Assembly (NCBI GenBank): GCA_001938485.1
Contig: MQRK01247877.1
Span: 95,517-145,835, forward strand
Origin: Girardia tigrina
Taxonomy: Eukaryota
Reading direction: 5' to 3'
DNA: 50,319 bases
Positions 49,562-50,319 of this stretch are shown here, one piece after another. The notes below the pieces were generated by a model. That model was not told where the DNA came from, did no database searches, and saw only the letters and a list, made by a program, of their open reading frames with translations. The position numbers and the translations under genes were made by a program. The first letter of the stretch is position 1. Each line of letters opens with the position of its first letter.

Positions 49562-50319
49562 ATGTAGATAAAATTATTACTAAAATTACAAAATTTGAAC
49601 TTTAAAAATAAAATCTGAAAATAATGAAACATTTGTTCGAATAATTGTTTATTAAAAAACATTAACTAAAAATTATCAATTTAGAACGATGTCGAATGAC
49701 GAGAGTTTCGCTGAGAGTTGTCCAAAAGACAATTCTAATTGTATTGAAAATAAAAGTTCGAAAACCCATGTTGGTGTTCTTAATAATGAACATTGAAGAA
49801 ACACACTTAAAAAGTCTTTTTATATAAATATGTACTCATATTCTAATAAAGATTGTCATATGACATGAAAAAATTTGTTTAAATGTGACAAAATCACGCA
49901 ACATAATATAAAGCGAAAAGAACTGTGGAAATATCATAAATCACAAATATTGTTTCTCATCACGAATTTAATGGTATTTTCTCGCTCAAAATCATTTAAT
50001 TGTTTCTTTAAACTAATTCAATATTGTTATTTATTTTCTAAGTCTTGACTTTCTTACTCGGAAATTTGATATTTTTTCTTCGTCTTATTCCAATTAATAT
50101 CCAAGTGATGATATGTTTATTATGACTTCAAGTCATTTATTATAGGAAATAACTTTTTTGAATTTTCGATCTAATAAGATTTACAAAATTTTTGTTTTAT
50201 ATTCTTTATGTTTTAATACGTGTCGTCTTTTTTTAATCGTATCAACAGTTCTGCAATTTAGTAATCTCTTATTCCATTCTTTTTATTAGCTTACTTTATA
50301 TATATATATATATATATAT

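Larger units (their letters stand above)
48292..49785 (+). mobile_element. Solo LTR (family B) split by a Penelope insertion; TSD atgac/atgaa
   Basis: 48292-48603 plus 49577-49785 reconstitute the reverse complement of 44286-44796. Confidence 0.85.

Overview
Very AT-rich eukaryotic (animal) genomic DNA with four N-gaps. The composition, the mix of 50-75 nt and multi-kb introns and the repeat spectrum suggest an invertebrate such as a planarian flatworm (inference only). One host gene runs along the + strand: a divergent PDZ-GEF (RAPGEF2/RAPGEF6/dizzy/pxf-1 family). I traced 10 phase-compatible GT-AG exons from 6821 to 45356 encoding an acidic N-terminal segment, a cNMP-binding-like domain, REM, PDZ, a Ser-rich linker and RA; no CDC25 catalytic exon was found, so it probably lies past the window end. 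The introns are packed with transposable elements: Tc1/IS630-like DD34E, a nearly intact DD41D (rosa-type) element, Tigger/pogo, mariner, hAT, MULE, Gypsy remnants with two LTR families, an RLE-type non-LTR remnant and two families of Penelope-like elements (PLEs). The most notable signals are: four minimal hammerhead ribozyme motifs with cross-family covariation, in which the only sense-strand intronic copy is damaged; PLE insertions with inverted tails, one with a 15-bp TSD whose empty site is also in the window; LTRs with non-canonical TA ends; inverted solo LTRs bracketing the RA exon; and a near-perfect 215-bp palindrome. I found no convincing wholly new system; these are unusual instances of known biology.
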